DNA from: an uncultured Acidobacteriota bacterium
GTDB lineage: Bacteria > Acidobacteriota > Thermoanaerobaculia > Multivoradales > SZUA-115
NCBI GenBank assembly: GCA_963805975.1
Contig: CAWDVR010000004.1
Coordinates: forward strand, 528,977 to 592,976
Direction: 5' to 3'
DNA length: 64,000 bases
Positions 11,038 to 20,242 of this stretch are shown one piece after another (positions within the stretch are counted from its first letter, which is position 1; the number at the start of each line of letters is the position of its first letter). Made by a program: the position numbers and the translations under genes. Under the pieces are notes generated by a model. That model was not told the origin of the DNA, made no database searches, and worked only from the letters and a program-made list of their open reading frames with translations.

Positions 11038-11489
11038 TCGGGCTCGTGGACGAAGTGGGTGGGCGGGCCGCCGGTGGGGTAGAGGTCGGAAGCCAGGAGA
11101 GTGAAGCCCTCGTGGAGACTCAGCTTCCTGTCGAACGTCACGGTGTCGGAGCAACCGGCCAGCCTGCCGATCTCTCCCACGAGGTAGTCGGAGAACCCGG
11201 CTTTCCCGTCTCGGTACAAGACGAGAGCGTTTCTCACGGCATCATGGCTCTCGAGCAGGAAGACGCGGCTCTCGAGGATGCCTTCGATCAGCTCCGTGAT
11301 CGACGACCGCTCGAAAGCATAGCGCCCACGTTCGAGCGTCCAGACCAGCTCGCATAGCGCGACCGAAGTGATGAACCCACCTTCACGCTGGATCTCCAGG
11401 TCGTAGAAGAAGTCCCTGACCAGCGGGAACTGTGCCGGGTCGTCAGCCGTGAAGTACCGGACGAGTAGGTTGGTATCGATCCCGCGCAA
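11034..11489 (-). CDS. VapC-type PIN toxin
   Basis: GIDTNLLVR...ELVWTL...GFSDYL...TVTFDRK; TTG start just after the antitoxin stop. Confidence 0.87.
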   Translation of the reverse strand: MRGIDTNLLVRYFTADDPAQFPLVRDFFYDLEIQREGGFITSVALCELVWTLERGRYAFERSSITELIEGILESRVFLLESHDAVRNALVLYRDGKAGFSDYLVGEIGRLAGCSDTVTFDRKLSLHEGFTLLASDLYPTGGPPTHFVHEPE

Positions 11490-11490
11490 T

Positions 11491-11757
11491 TCAGTGGCCT
11501 CGCCGGATACGGTCATCCTCGGAGGTCACGTAGTCGATGATCACCTGGTCCAACTCCTCCTGCGTCATCGGCTTCATCCCCGGCCGGTGAAGCAGGCCGG
11601 CCAGTTCCCTGACCGAGCGACCCAGACGCCGCAGCCGGACCCGGCCGTCTTTCTCCATGGTGAACTCCAGCCGGTCGCCGTCCCTGGCACCGAGGAAGTC
11701 CCGGACCTCTTTGGGGATCGTGATCTGGCCCTTGCTACTAACAGTTGCGGTTGGCAT
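11491..11757 (-). CDS. AbrB/MazE/SpoVT-family antitoxin
   Basis: ATVSSKGQITIPKEVRDFLGARDGDRLEF. Confidence 0.9.
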   Translation of the reverse strand: MPTATVSSKGQITIPKEVRDFLGARDGDRLEFTMEKDGRVRLRRLGRSVRELAGLLHRPGMKPMTQEELDQVIIDYVTSEDDRIRRGH

Positions 11758-11789
11758 ACCCTCTCCTTACTCAGGGTAAGGAGAGGGTA
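11757..11789. promoter_or_regulatory. Perfect 14-bp inverted repeat over the antitoxin RBS; likely autoregulatory operator
   Basis: TACCCTCTCCTTAC-tcagg-GTAAGGAGAGGGTA. Confidence 0.65.
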
Positions 11790-11794
11790 CCACG

Positions 11795-13243
11795 CTATTG
11801 CCCGTCTTTGGGAGCCCGTGCCCGGCCGAAGCCGGGTTCCATTTCGGCTGCGGCGTAGGCGAAGACGGCGTGGGCGGCCACGTTCTGTTGGAGGCCGGCC
11901 TGGTCGACCTGCGCCAGCGTGTCGTTGACCGTGTGGTGGACGTCGAAATAGAGAGTGGTGTCCTGCCAGAGGCCGAAGAGCGGGACGCGGGCAGCCGTCA
12001 TGGGGGAGAGGTCGGCGCCGCCCTGGCCGTCGTTGTTGCCGCGGGCGATGCCCAGGGGCGCCAGCAGCCGCGCCACCGTCTCGACCGCCGGGAGGGCCGC
12101 TTCCTCGACCCCCGAGGTGAAGGACCACAAGGCCCCCGAGCCGAGGTCTGCCTCGACGGCCGCCACGTGCCGGGCGAGCTCCGCTTCGTGCGCCGCGGCG
12201 TAGGCTCGGGCGCCGGAGAGCCCGAACTCCTCGTTGGCGAAGAGCACCACGCGCACCGTGCGGCGCGGGCGGACGGGCAGCTCCGCGATCAGCTTGGCGG
12301 TGGCCATGACGATCGCACAGCCGGCGCCGTCGTCGAGGGCGCCTTGGCCCAGGTCCCAGGAGTCGAGATGGGCGCCGAGGAGCACGATCTCCTCCGGCTT
12401 CTCGCGGCCACGGATCTCGCCGATCACGTTGGCGGACTGGGCATCGGGGAGCACGCGGGTGGTGAGGCGCAGGCGGAAGCGCACGGTCTTGCCGCTCTTC
12501 GCCTGGGCGGCAACGAGGTCCGCGTCCGGGTTCGAGAGCGCTGCGGCCGGGATTCTCCGGACCCCCTCCTGCTCGCGGGTGGCGCCGGTGTGGGCGATGC
12601 GGTTGTCGGAGGTGCCGGCGGAGCGGATCAGCAGGGCCACGGCCCCCTTCTTCGAGGCCTCGGAAGGGCCGGCACCGCGCTTGGCGACCGCGCGTCCGTA
12701 GCCCGAGGCGTCGCGCGTCGGCTCCATCCTGCCGTCGATGAACACGATCTTGCCGGCGGCCCCGCCTTCCGGCAGAGCCCGGAGCGCGTCGAGCGAATCG
12801 ACGTACAGAACCTCGGCTTCGATTCCCGCCGGCGGGGTGGCGACGCTGCCGCCCAGCGCCGCGAGCACCACGGGCTGCGGGTAGGGCGCGACGATCTCGC
12901 CGCTCCCTTCGCCGCGCTCCCAGTGCGGCACGGTCACCGGCTCGGAGCGCACCTGCTCGAAGCCCAGCTCGCGGAGCTTGGCGAGCGCCCACTGAACGGC
13001 CCGTGCGTCGCCGGGCGAGCCGGCCAGCCGGGGGCCGACCTCGACCGAGAGCGAGCTCACGAGCTGGTAGGCGAGATCGCTCGTCCCGGCTCGTTCGCGC
13101 AGGGCTTCGGCTGTACGCGCCAGCTCGTCGGCAGTGGGCGGGGCCACCTCGGCGGCGCCGGAGAGCGACCAGGCCGCGGCGAGCGCCGACGCCACGGCGA
13201 GGACGGCACCGGTCCGCCACGGGCGATTGCGCAACGCTCTCAT
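11795..13243 (-). CDS. Exported M28 peptidase (carboxypeptidase Q-like, PA domain)
   Basis: GPRLAGS, GAHLDSWDLGQGALDDGAG, FANEEFG, YFDVHHT. Confidence 0.92.
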   Translation of the reverse strand: MRALRNRPWRTGAVLAVASALAAAWSLSGAAEVAPPTADELARTAEALRERAGTSDLAYQLVSSLSVEVGPRLAGSPGDARAVQWALAKLRELGFEQVRSEPVTVPHWERGEGSGEIVAPYPQPVVLAALGGSVATPPAGIEAEVLYVDSLDALRALPEGGAAGKIVFIDGRMEPTRDASGYGRAVAKRGAGPSEASKKGAVALLIRSAGTSDNRIAHTGATREQEGVRRIPAAALSNPDADLVAAQAKSGKTVRFRLRLTTRVLPDAQSANVIGEIRGREKPEEIVLLGAHLDSWDLGQGALDDGAGCAIVMATAKLIAELPVRPRRTVRVVLFANEEFGLSGARAYAAAHEAELARHVAAVEADLGSGALWSFTSGVEEAALPAVETVARLLAPLGIARGNNDGQGGADLSPMTAARVPLFGLWQDTTLYFDVHHTVNDTLAQVDQAGLQQNVAAHAVFAYAAAEMEPGFGRARAPKDGQ

Positions 13244-13674
13244 GTTCCCTCCTGGACGAGCGCGGAGACGAGCTTTGCCGCCAGCTCCTGGCCGGCCTCC
13301 GCCTCCAGCCGCCCGGCCCGCCAGTCGATGTCGAGGCCGCTGCCGGCGAACTTGGGGATCAGGTGGAAGTGGACGTGCATCACCACCTGGTGCGCGGCGC
13401 TGCCGTTGTTCTGCAGCACGTTGTAGGCCGTGGCACCGGTCACCCGCTTCACGGCCCGCGCGAGGCGCGGCAGCACGCGGCCGATGGCGGCCCCGGCCTC
13501 GTCGGAGAGCTCGTCGAGCTGCGCCCGGCGCTCTTTTGGGATCACCAGCAGGTGGCCCCGCGACAGCGGGTTGATGTCCAGGAAGGCGAGCACGTGCTCG
13601 TCCTCGTAGACGCGGTGGCAGGGGATCTCGCCGTCGAGGATGCGGTCGAAAATGGTGCGTTCGCGGTCGCTCAT
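13240..13674 (-). CDS. HIT family nucleotide hydrolase
   Basis: TIFDRILDGEIP; HVHFH triad. Confidence 0.93.
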   Translation of the reverse strand: MSDRERTIFDRILDGEIPCHRVYEDEHVLAFLDINPLSRGHLLVIPKERRAQLDELSDEAGAAIGRVLPRLARAVKRVTGATAYNVLQNNGSAAHQVVMHVHFHLIPKFAGSGLDIDWRAGRLEAEAGQELAAKLVSALVQEGT

Positions 13675-13796
13675 AGAGATTTCTGGCGGTGGTTTTGGTG
13701 TCCGCTCGTCCGTGCGCCTATGATAGTAGTAATTCGCGCCCGGCAGCCCCCGGACTGAATCACGCGGGCCGAATCAATGCGGGCCGGAAGCTCGGC

Positions 13797-14174
13797 ATGA
13801 CCTCAATCCCCCAGGATCGCAGCGCCCTGCCGCGAGCTCGCTCGCTGGTCGCTCTCCTCCTCGCGCTGCTCTGCCTGCTGAGCACGGCCGAGCTGCACCG
13901 CGACCACTCGCTGCTCGACGATCACTCGTCGGCCGATCTCGGGTCCGCCGGTTGCCACCCGACGCTCGCGACGCACCTCGAGCCACCTCACGAGCCCGGT
14001 TCCCGGGAGTGTCCGGCCTGTCTGCTCCGTCTCGTCACCCGGGGCGCGATGCTGCCCACCGAGATGGCGTTCGACGCCTCGCTCGCGCCTCTCGGGAGAG
14101 TGGCGGAGCAGGGTTTCGCCGCTCGCTTCGCGCCGCCTGTCGCGAGCCTCTCCCGCGGTCCTCCCTCCGCCTAG
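13797..14174 (+). CDS. DUF2946-like leader protein (signal/TM segment, His-rich region, CPAC, C-terminal RGPP)
   Basis: Hydrophobic N-terminus; HRDH..H; CPAC; ends SRGPPSA, 100 bp before a TonB receptor. Confidence 0.7.
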   Translation: MTSIPQDRSALPRARSLVALLLALLCLLSTAELHRDHSLLDDHSSADLGSAGCHPTLATHLEPPHEPGSRECPACLLRLVTRGAMLPTEMAFDASLAPLGRVAEQGFAARFAPPVASLSRGPPSA

Positions 14175-14273
14175 ATCCTTCCCTTGCAGTCGCAGCCCTG
14201 TCCGGTTCCGCCGGTCGGGGTCTCCTTCGACGTCGCAAGCTCGCTCCGTCCACCGGGGCCGGGAGAAGTGATC

Positions 14274-16568
14274 ATGGCGAAGAGCCTTCAACACGCGCGT
14301 GTTCCGCGAGGCGTCCTGCTCGTTCTGACATCGTGGCTTGGTTTGGCCGGCGTGCTGCCGGCAGCGGCCCAGACGGCCACCGCTTCCGAGGCCCCGTCTT
14401 TCGGCGCCCTCACCGGCGAGGTCACCACCGCCTCCGGCGAGCCGGTCGAGGGTGCCGAGGTGAGCCTGGTCGATCTCAGGCGCCGCACCCGCACCTCCGC
14501 GGACGGCAGCTTCCGCCTCGAAGGCCTGCCCGCCGGAAGCTATCTGCTCGAAGCCAGGAGCCTGGAGCACGGCGAAGGCTCGGCGCGGGTGGAGGTGCGT
14601 CCGGGAGCGGAGGCGAGCGTCCAGATCCTCGTCGACCTCGCCCGGCTGCACGACGAGGTGGTGGTGACCGCCGGCGCCTCGGCCCGGCAGCAGCTCGAGC
14701 TCGCGCAGGCGTCGACCGTGCTCTCCGGTGACGACCTCGACCAGCGCCGCGACTCGACCCTGGGCGAGACCCTGGCGCAACAGCCGGGAATCAGCTCGAC
14801 CTACTTCGGTCCTGGTGCCAGCCGGCCGGTGATCCGGGGCCTGGGAGGGGACCGCGTGCGCATGCTCTCGGACGGCCTGGGGAGCGCCGACGCCTCGAAC
14901 GTGAGCCCGGACCACGCGGTGTCGGTCGACCCGGCGTCGGCCGAGCGCATCGAGGTGCTGCGCGGACCTTCGACGCTGCTCTACGGCTCGACCGCCATCG
15001 GCGGCGTGGTCAACGTGCTCGACAACCGCATCCCCGGCTACGCGCCCGAGAAGCCGTTGACCGGCAGCGTGGAGCTCTCGGCCGGCACGGTGGCCGGCGA
15101 GCGGCAGGGCTCCCTGATGCTCGAAGGCGGCGCGGGCCGTTTCGCCTGGCATGCCGACTACCTGCAGCGCGAGACCGACGATTACGAGATCCCCGGCTTC
15201 GCCGAGGCGGACCCGCAAGAGGACGAGGAGATGACCGGCGAGCTCGACAACAGCGCGCTCGACAGCGAGGCCGGGAGCATCGGCTTCTCGCTGGTGGGCG
15301 ATACCGGGCTGATCGGCCTCTCGGTCAGCGGCTTCGACACTCTCTACGGCGTTCCCGGACACGAGCATGAGCACGAGGAAAAAGAGGAGGGCGGACCGGT
15401 GCGCATCGACCTCGAGCAGCGCCGGGTGGATCTCAAGGGCGAGCTCCGCCGCCCCTTCGGCCTCTGGAGCGGCGCCAGGCTGCGTCTCGGCTCGGCGGAC
15501 TACGAGCATCGCGAGCTCGAAGGCGCCGAGGTCGGCACCACCTTCCTGAACGAATCGCTCGAGGGCCGCTTCGAGCTGGTGCAGCAGCGCACCCGCGGCG
15601 GCCTCTCCGGTTCCGTGGGTGTGCAGTACTCGACGAGCGACTTCGCGGCGATCGGTGCGGAGGCTTTCGTGCCGCCCTCGACCACGGATCTCGCAGCCGT
15701 CTTCGCCTTCGAGGAGATCCAGCGCGGCAAGCTCCGCTATCAATTCGGTGGCCGTTTCGAGAACCAGCAGGTGGACGTCGACTCCGAGCTGCCGGACCGC
15801 GACCTCTCCGGCCTCTCCGGCTCGCTGGGCCTGGTCTGGGAGCCCGCGGACGACTACTCGCTCTCCGTGTCCGTGGCCCGCTCCGTGCGCCTGCCCACCG
15901 CGACCGAGCTCTACGCCAACGGCCCGCACATCGCGACCGACGCCTTCGAAGTGGGCGACCCGGACCTCGACCAGGAGACCAGCCTGGGGGTGGACGTGTC
16001 GCTGCGCAAACGCACGGGCCGCTTCACGGCGACGCTCAACCTGTTCGCCAACCGCTTCGACGACTACGTGTTCGAGCGCTTCAACGGCGAGGAGCAGGAC
16101 GGGCTCGCGGTGATCGTCTTCGACCAGCAGGACGCGGAGTTCGTGGGCGGCGAGATCGAGGGCCTGGTCAACCTCTATCAGGGCGACCACGCGCATTTCG
16201 ACCTGCTGTTGGGAACGGACTACGTGCGGGCCGAGCTGTCAGGCACCGGCGAGCCCCTGCCGCGCATCCCGCCGCGGCGCCACAAGCTGGGCGTGAGCTA
16301 CCGCTACGACCGCCTGCGGGCCTTCGCCGAGGCGATCCGCGCCGAGAGCCAGGACCGGGCGAGCGACGAGGAGACGACGACCGCCGGCTACACGCTGCTC
16401 AACGCCGGCATCTCGTACCGGCTCTTCCTGGGCCCCACGGTGCTCGACCTGATGCTGCGTGGCCGCAACCTGGGCGACGAGGAGGCGCGCAACCACGTCT
16501 CGTTCCTCAAAGATGTAGCGCCGCTGCCGGGCCGGGACGTCAACCTCGGCGTGCGGCTGGCGTTCTAG
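14274..16568 (+). CDS. TonB-dependent receptor, ZnuD-like, with N-terminal carboxypeptidase-regulatory-like domain
   Basis: STLGETL..PG, SRPVIRG, PDHAV, IEVLRGPSTLLYG, HEHEHEE loop, ELYANGPH, RNHVSFLKD, terminal Phe. Confidence 0.9.
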   Translation: MAKSLQHARVPRGVLLVLTSWLGLAGVLPAAAQTATASEAPSFGALTGEVTTASGEPVEGAEVSLVDLRRRTRTSADGSFRLEGLPAGSYLLEARSLEHGEGSARVEVRPGAEASVQILVDLARLHDEVVVTAGASARQQLELAQASTVLSGDDLDQRRDSTLGETLAQQPGISSTYFGPGASRPVIRGLGGDRVRMLSDGLGSADASNVSPDHAVSVDPASAERIEVLRGPSTLLYGSTAIGGVVNVLDNRIPGYAPEKPLTGSVELSAGTVAGERQGSLMLEGGAGRFAWHADYLQRETDDYEIPGFAEADPQEDEEMTGELDNSALDSEAGSIGFSLVGDTGLIGLSVSGFDTLYGVPGHEHEHEEKEEGGPVRIDLEQRRVDLKGELRRPFGLWSGARLRLGSADYEHRELEGAEVGTTFLNESLEGRFELVQQRTRGGLSGSVGVQYSTSDFAAIGAEAFVPPSTTDLAAVFAFEEIQRGKLRYQFGGRFENQQVDVDSELPDRDLSGLSGSLGLVWEPADDYSLSVSVARSVRLPTATELYANGPHIATDAFEVGDPDLDQETSLGVDVSLRKRTGRFTATLNLFANRFDDYVFERFNGEEQDGLAVIVFDQQDAEFVGGEIEGLVNLYQGDHAHFDLLLGTDYVRAELSGTGEPLPRIPPRRHKLGVSYRYDRLRAFAEAIRAESQDRASDEETTTAGYTLLNAGISYRLFLGPTVLDLMLRGRNLGDEEARNHVSFLKDVAPLPGRDVNLGVRLAF

Positions 16569-16572
16569 GGCA

Positions 16573-17169
16573 TCAACCCCTGCCCGGCTGCGGTTGGGGA
16601 AAGCCGTGCTCCAGTCGGAGGCGGTGGAAGGTGGTGAGAGCCACCACCGGGGCTCCCCGGTCGGGCACCACGTCCACGGCGCCGGCCGCGAGCGCGGCGG
16701 CGAACAGCGGCCGGAGGGCCCGTTCCATGGTGTTGACGCCGGGGCGGAGCGGGCTGATCTCGAGGCGCGTGGTGAGCCCCTCTCGCGCCAGGCTCGCCAG
16801 GGCAGAGAGAACGGACCTGGGGTCGGCGGCTCGCGGGTCCAGCCGGCGGGCGAGCTCGAGGTCAGCCGCCGGCAGGGAGAAGGTGAGGGTCACGGCATGG
16901 TGCTGGTCGAGCTCGCGGAGCAGGGCGAGGTCGGCAAGCACCCGGGGCGAGCCGGTCAGCAGAGAGATCTCGCGGCCCTCGAAGGCGAGCAGGCCTTCGA
17001 GACGCCTGTGGGTTGCCTCCGCGAGCTCGGCCGTGCCGTAGTCGTCGGGCCGCAGGGCGGCGGGCCGACGTGCACTGGCCGGCGCCCGGAGGACGGACCA
17101 GCGGGAGCTGAAGGGTGGAGCATCGAGGGGCAGCGCCGAAGAGTGAGACCAGAAGCCGACATCCGTCAT
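16573..17169 (-). CDS. Degenerate radical-SAM-like protein (SPL/Rv2578c-like barrel fragment) lacking CxxxCxxC
   Basis: ISLLTGSPRVLADLALL...TFSL...LARRLDPRA...PLRPGVN resembles ITTKSxLILRD...LEPRA...PxxPGIND; no cysteines. Confidence 0.55.
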   Translation of the reverse strand: MTDVGFWSHSSALPLDAPPFSSRWSVLRAPASARRPAALRPDDYGTAELAEATHRRLEGLLAFEGREISLLTGSPRVLADLALLRELDQHHAVTLTFSLPAADLELARRLDPRAADPRSVLSALASLAREGLTTRLEISPLRPGVNTMERALRPLFAAALAAGAVDVVPDRGAPVVALTTFHRLRLEHGFPQPQPGRG

Positions 17170-17257
17170 CTTACGCCTCGTTTCTATCTTTGTAGCGCTC
17201 TATTTACGCCCATCTCTCGAGCTTGTCAAGCTCCTCCCATGGATTAGGATCGTGCCC

Positions 17258-18082
17258 ATGCCCGAGCTGCCGGAGATCGAGGTTCTGAAGCGGAGCCTGG
17301 CGCCGCGCCTGACCGGGGAGGTGATCGAGCGCGTCGAGGTGCGCGACCGGCGGCTGCGGGAAGCGGTCCGCGGCGCCCACCTCGCCCGGACCACCGCCGG
17401 GCGTGAGGTCGTCGGCCTGCGCCGGCGGGCCAAGTACCTGTTGATCGACCTCGCGGGCGGCCAGACCCTCGTCATCCACCTCGGCATGAGCGGGCGGCTG
17501 ACACTGGTCGATGCCGGCGAGCCCCTCGAGCCCCACGAGCACCTGGCCTTCTTCCTCGCCTCCGGCCAGCGCCTGCGTTTCCGCGATCCGCGGCGCTTTG
17601 GGCTCGCCCTGGTAGTGCCCACGGAGAAGCTCACGAGCGACCGCAGGTTCCGGGGCCTGGGCATCGAGCCGCTCGAGGAAGGCTTCTCCGGGGAGACGCT
17701 GGCCGCGGCGGCCCGCCGCCGTCGCGGACCGGTCAAGAGCTTCCTGATGGACGGCAGGATCGTGGTAGGCGTCGGGAACATCTACGCCAGCGAGTCGCTC
17801 CACCTGGCGGGGATCCACCCGACGCGTTCCGTGGCCCGGATCTCGCTCCCGAGCTGGGGGCGTCTGGCCGAGGCGGTGAAGGCGATCCTGAACCGGGCGA
17901 TCGAGCAGGGCGGTACGACCTTGAACGACTTCGCGGACGGCGAGGGCAACTCCGGCTACTTCCAGGTCTCGCTCGGCGTCTACGACCGCGAGGGCGCGGC
18001 CTGCACGCGCTGTGGCCGGCTCGTGCGGCGCATCGTCCAGGCGGGCCGCAGCACGTACTACTGTCCCGGCTGCCAGCGCTAG
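17258..18082 (+). CDS. mutM: Formamidopyrimidine-DNA glycosylase
   Basis: MPELPE, RRAKYL, HLGMSG, DPRRFG, GVGNIY, C-terminal CxxC...CPGCQ zinc finger. Confidence 0.97.
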   Translation: MPELPEIEVLKRSLAPRLTGEVIERVEVRDRRLREAVRGAHLARTTAGREVVGLRRRAKYLLIDLAGGQTLVIHLGMSGRLTLVDAGEPLEPHEHLAFFLASGQRLRFRDPRRFGLALVVPTEKLTSDRRFRGLGIEPLEEGFSGETLAAAARRRRGPVKSFLMDGRIVVGVGNIYASESLHLAGIHPTRSVARISLPSWGRLAEAVKAILNRAIEQGGTTLNDFADGEGNSGYFQVSLGVYDREGAACTRCGRLVRRIVQAGRSTYYCPGCQR

Positions 18083-18092
18083 TCGCAATACC

Positions 18093-18185
18093 GTTCACTG
18101 AAGCCTCTTTGCTCGTCATTCCCGCGAAAGCGGGGATGACGGCAGGAAGCGAAGAGCTCGATTGGAGGACAGTCGCTCAGTGAAC
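18093..18185. repeat. Nested palindromic REP-like element (CGTCAT-type core)
   Basis: Core CGTCATTCCCGC-GAAA-GCGGGGATGACG (18114-18141) inside outer arms GTTCACTGA/TCAGTGAAC. Confidence 0.65.
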
Positions 18186-18259
18186 AGTGTTGGCGCTAGC
18201 CACGGGTACGGAAGGCCGGCGTACAATCCCTGGCCGTGAGCGCTTCCCCGGAAACCACC

Positions 18260-18883
18260 ATGCGCCCCGTCGTCCTCGGCGTCGCCGGCGGCACCGGCTC
18301 GGGCAAGACCACGGTGGTGCGGGAGATTCTCGCCGCGGTGGGCGCGGAGCGCATCGCCTTCCTCGAGCAGGACAGCTACTACCTCGACGTCGTGTGGGGG
18401 AGCGCCCAGGAGCTCAAGGCGCACAACTTCGATCACCCGGACTCGCTCGACAGCCCGCTGCTCACCGAGCACGTGCGTGCCTTGAAGGCGGGCCAGGCGG
18501 TCGAAGTGCCGATCTACGACTTCGTGATCCATCGCCGGCGGCAGGAAGCCCGCCGCGTGGAGCCGCGGCCGGTGGTGCTGCTCGAGGGCATTCTGCTCTT
18601 CGTGGAACGCGAGCTGCGCGACCTCCTGGACTTCAAGATCTACGTCGACACTGACTCGGACCTGCGGCTGATCCGGCGCCTGAAGCGCGACATGCAGGAG
18701 CGCGGGCGGACGTCGGACGACATCCTGCGCCAGTACCTGGAGACCGTGCGGCCCATGCACCTCGAGTTCGTCGAGCCCTCGAAGCGCTGGGCGGACGTCA
18801 TCATCCCCGAGGGCGGCGAGAACCAGGTCGCCCTCGACATGGTGGTGGCCCGGGTCGAGCAGCTGTTGGGCGCGGGGATGTAG
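18260..18883 (+). CDS. udk: Uridine kinase
   Basis: GVAGGTGSGKTT, QDSYY, NFDHP, LEGIL, RRLKRD..ERGR, EPSKRWADVIIP. Confidence 0.96.
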   Translation: MRPVVLGVAGGTGSGKTTVVREILAAVGAERIAFLEQDSYYLDVVWGSAQELKAHNFDHPDSLDSPLLTEHVRALKAGQAVEVPIYDFVIHRRRQEARRVEPRPVVLLEGILLFVERELRDLLDFKIYVDTDSDLRLIRRLKRDMQERGRTSDDILRQYLETVRPMHLEFVEPSKRWADVIIPEGGENQVALDMVVARVEQLLGAGM

Positions 18884-18888
18884 CTTCC

Positions 18889-18933
18889 GGCCCCCTCGCC
18901 CCGCTTGCGGGGAGAGGGTTGGGGTGAGGGGCC
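18889..18933. repeat. CCCTCNCCC...GGGAGAGGG..GGGGTGAGGG palindromic repeat between convergent genes
   Basis: GGCCCCCTCGCCCCGCTTGCGGGGAGAGGGTTGGGGTGAGGGGCC. Confidence 0.6.
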
Positions 18934-18938
18934 TTCAG

Positions 18939-19445
18939 CTACTTCTTGAGCGCCACTGTGAGGCTCTTCGCGAGCGGCAGGCCCGGCACGGCCTCGAGCG
19001 GCTCCCAGGTCTCGACCCCCGCGGCATCCGGCCCGACTTTCATCCACCGCGCCTCGGCGAGCGTCACCTCGACTGTCATCTTGCCGTCCGCCGGCGCCGG
19101 CCGGCCGGTCTCGCTCGCCCAGAAGTTGTACAGCTTGAGCTCCGTGACCTGGCCCGGTGCGAGGGCTTGCAGGAACATCTGGTTGCGGTAGACGGGGAGC
19201 TCGTGGCCGGCGGCCGTGACCTTGAAACGCAGCATCGAAGCCGGCTTGTCGCCCGCGTTCCGGAGCTTCAGGCGCAGGCGGCAGAGCGTCGTCGCGGTCG
19301 GCGCCGCGGGCTCGAGCACGATCTCCTCGATCGCCAGCGCCGAGACGGGCGGGGGCGGGGCCTGTGCCGCGCCCTGCGAGGTCCCGAAAAAGGCCAGCAG
19401 CACGGTGGCGAGCAGGACGGCGACGGCGGGTCGGTGGGCGTGCAT
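18939..19445 (-). CDS. Exported hypothetical protein, possible Ig-like/CARDB-like fold
   Basis: Signal peptide; beta-strand-rich LRLKLRNAG...LAPGQV. Confidence 0.65.
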   Translation of the reverse strand: MHAHRPAVAVLLATVLLAFFGTSQGAAQAPPPPVSALAIEEIVLEPAAPTATTLCRLRLKLRNAGDKPASMLRFKVTAAGHELPVYRNQMFLQALAPGQVTELKLYNFWASETGRPAPADGKMTVEVTLAEARWMKVGPDAAGVETWEPLEAVPGLPLAKSLTVALKK

Positions 19446-19496
19446 CGGTGGGATCTTACCCGCTTTGAGAGGCGCCGCGGCTGCTAGCATGGCGCG

Positions 19497-20177
19497 ATGA
19501 AGGAAGGCATCGGATCGATCCTCCGCCCCGCGCAGGAGCGCTACCTGGAGCGGCTGCTGCCGCCTCGCCAGGCGCTCCTGGCCGAGATGGAGGCGCACGC
19601 GGCCCGCGAGGAGGTGCCGATCTCCGACCCGGAGGTCGGGCGCCTCCTCGAGGTGCTGGCCCGCGGCCGCGGCGCGAGGCGCATCGTCGAGGTCGGCACG
19701 GCGATCGGCTACGGCACGCTCTGCCTGGCCCGGGGCGCGCCCGAGGCGAGAGTGCTGTCGATCGACAACGATCCGGCGCGCCTCGCCCTGGCGCGCGGCT
19801 ATCTGGAACGAGCCGGAGTGATGGAGCGGGTCGAGCTGGTCGAGGGCACGGCGCTCGAGGTACTGCCGAACCTGGCACCGGGGATCGACCTCGCCTACGT
19901 GGACGCGGTCAAGACCGAGTACCGGCGCTACCTCGACCTGCTCCTGCCGAACCTCGCGGTGGGCGGGCTGATCGTCTTCGACAACCTGCTGTGGAAGGGC
20001 TGGATCGCCGAGCCGCCGGACGAGGAGGAAGACGACTCGACCCGCGCGCTCCGCGCCTTCAACGGCTACTTGATGTCGCATCCGCAGCTCGCGGCGGTGC
20101 TGCTGCCTCTGGGCGATGGTGTGGGCCTCGCCACCAAGACCCGCCCGCTCATGACCGAGCTGGGCGGCCCCTGGTAG
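19497..20177 (+). CDS. O-methyltransferase (Methyltransf_3/YrrM-like)
   Basis: VEVGTAIGYG, YVDAVK, VFDNLLW, GDGV. Confidence 0.9.
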   Translation: MKEGIGSILRPAQERYLERLLPPRQALLAEMEAHAAREEVPISDPEVGRLLEVLARGRGARRIVEVGTAIGYGTLCLARGAPEARVLSIDNDPARLALARGYLERAGVMERVELVEGTALEVLPNLAPGIDLAYVDAVKTEYRRYLDLLLPNLAVGGLIVFDNLLWKGWIAEPPDEEEDDSTRALRAFNGYLMSHPQLAAVLLPLGDGVGLATKTRPLMTELGGPW

Positions 20178-20242
20178 CGCGCCTGAGATCTGCTGCGTGG
20201 TCGAACTGCTGCGCTGCTGGTTTCCTGCACTAGCTCGCTACG

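Noticed and set aside
13715-13740. Possible Fur/Zur box upstream of the leader ORF
   Set aside because: AT-rich but not convincingly palindromic; may simply be a -10 region
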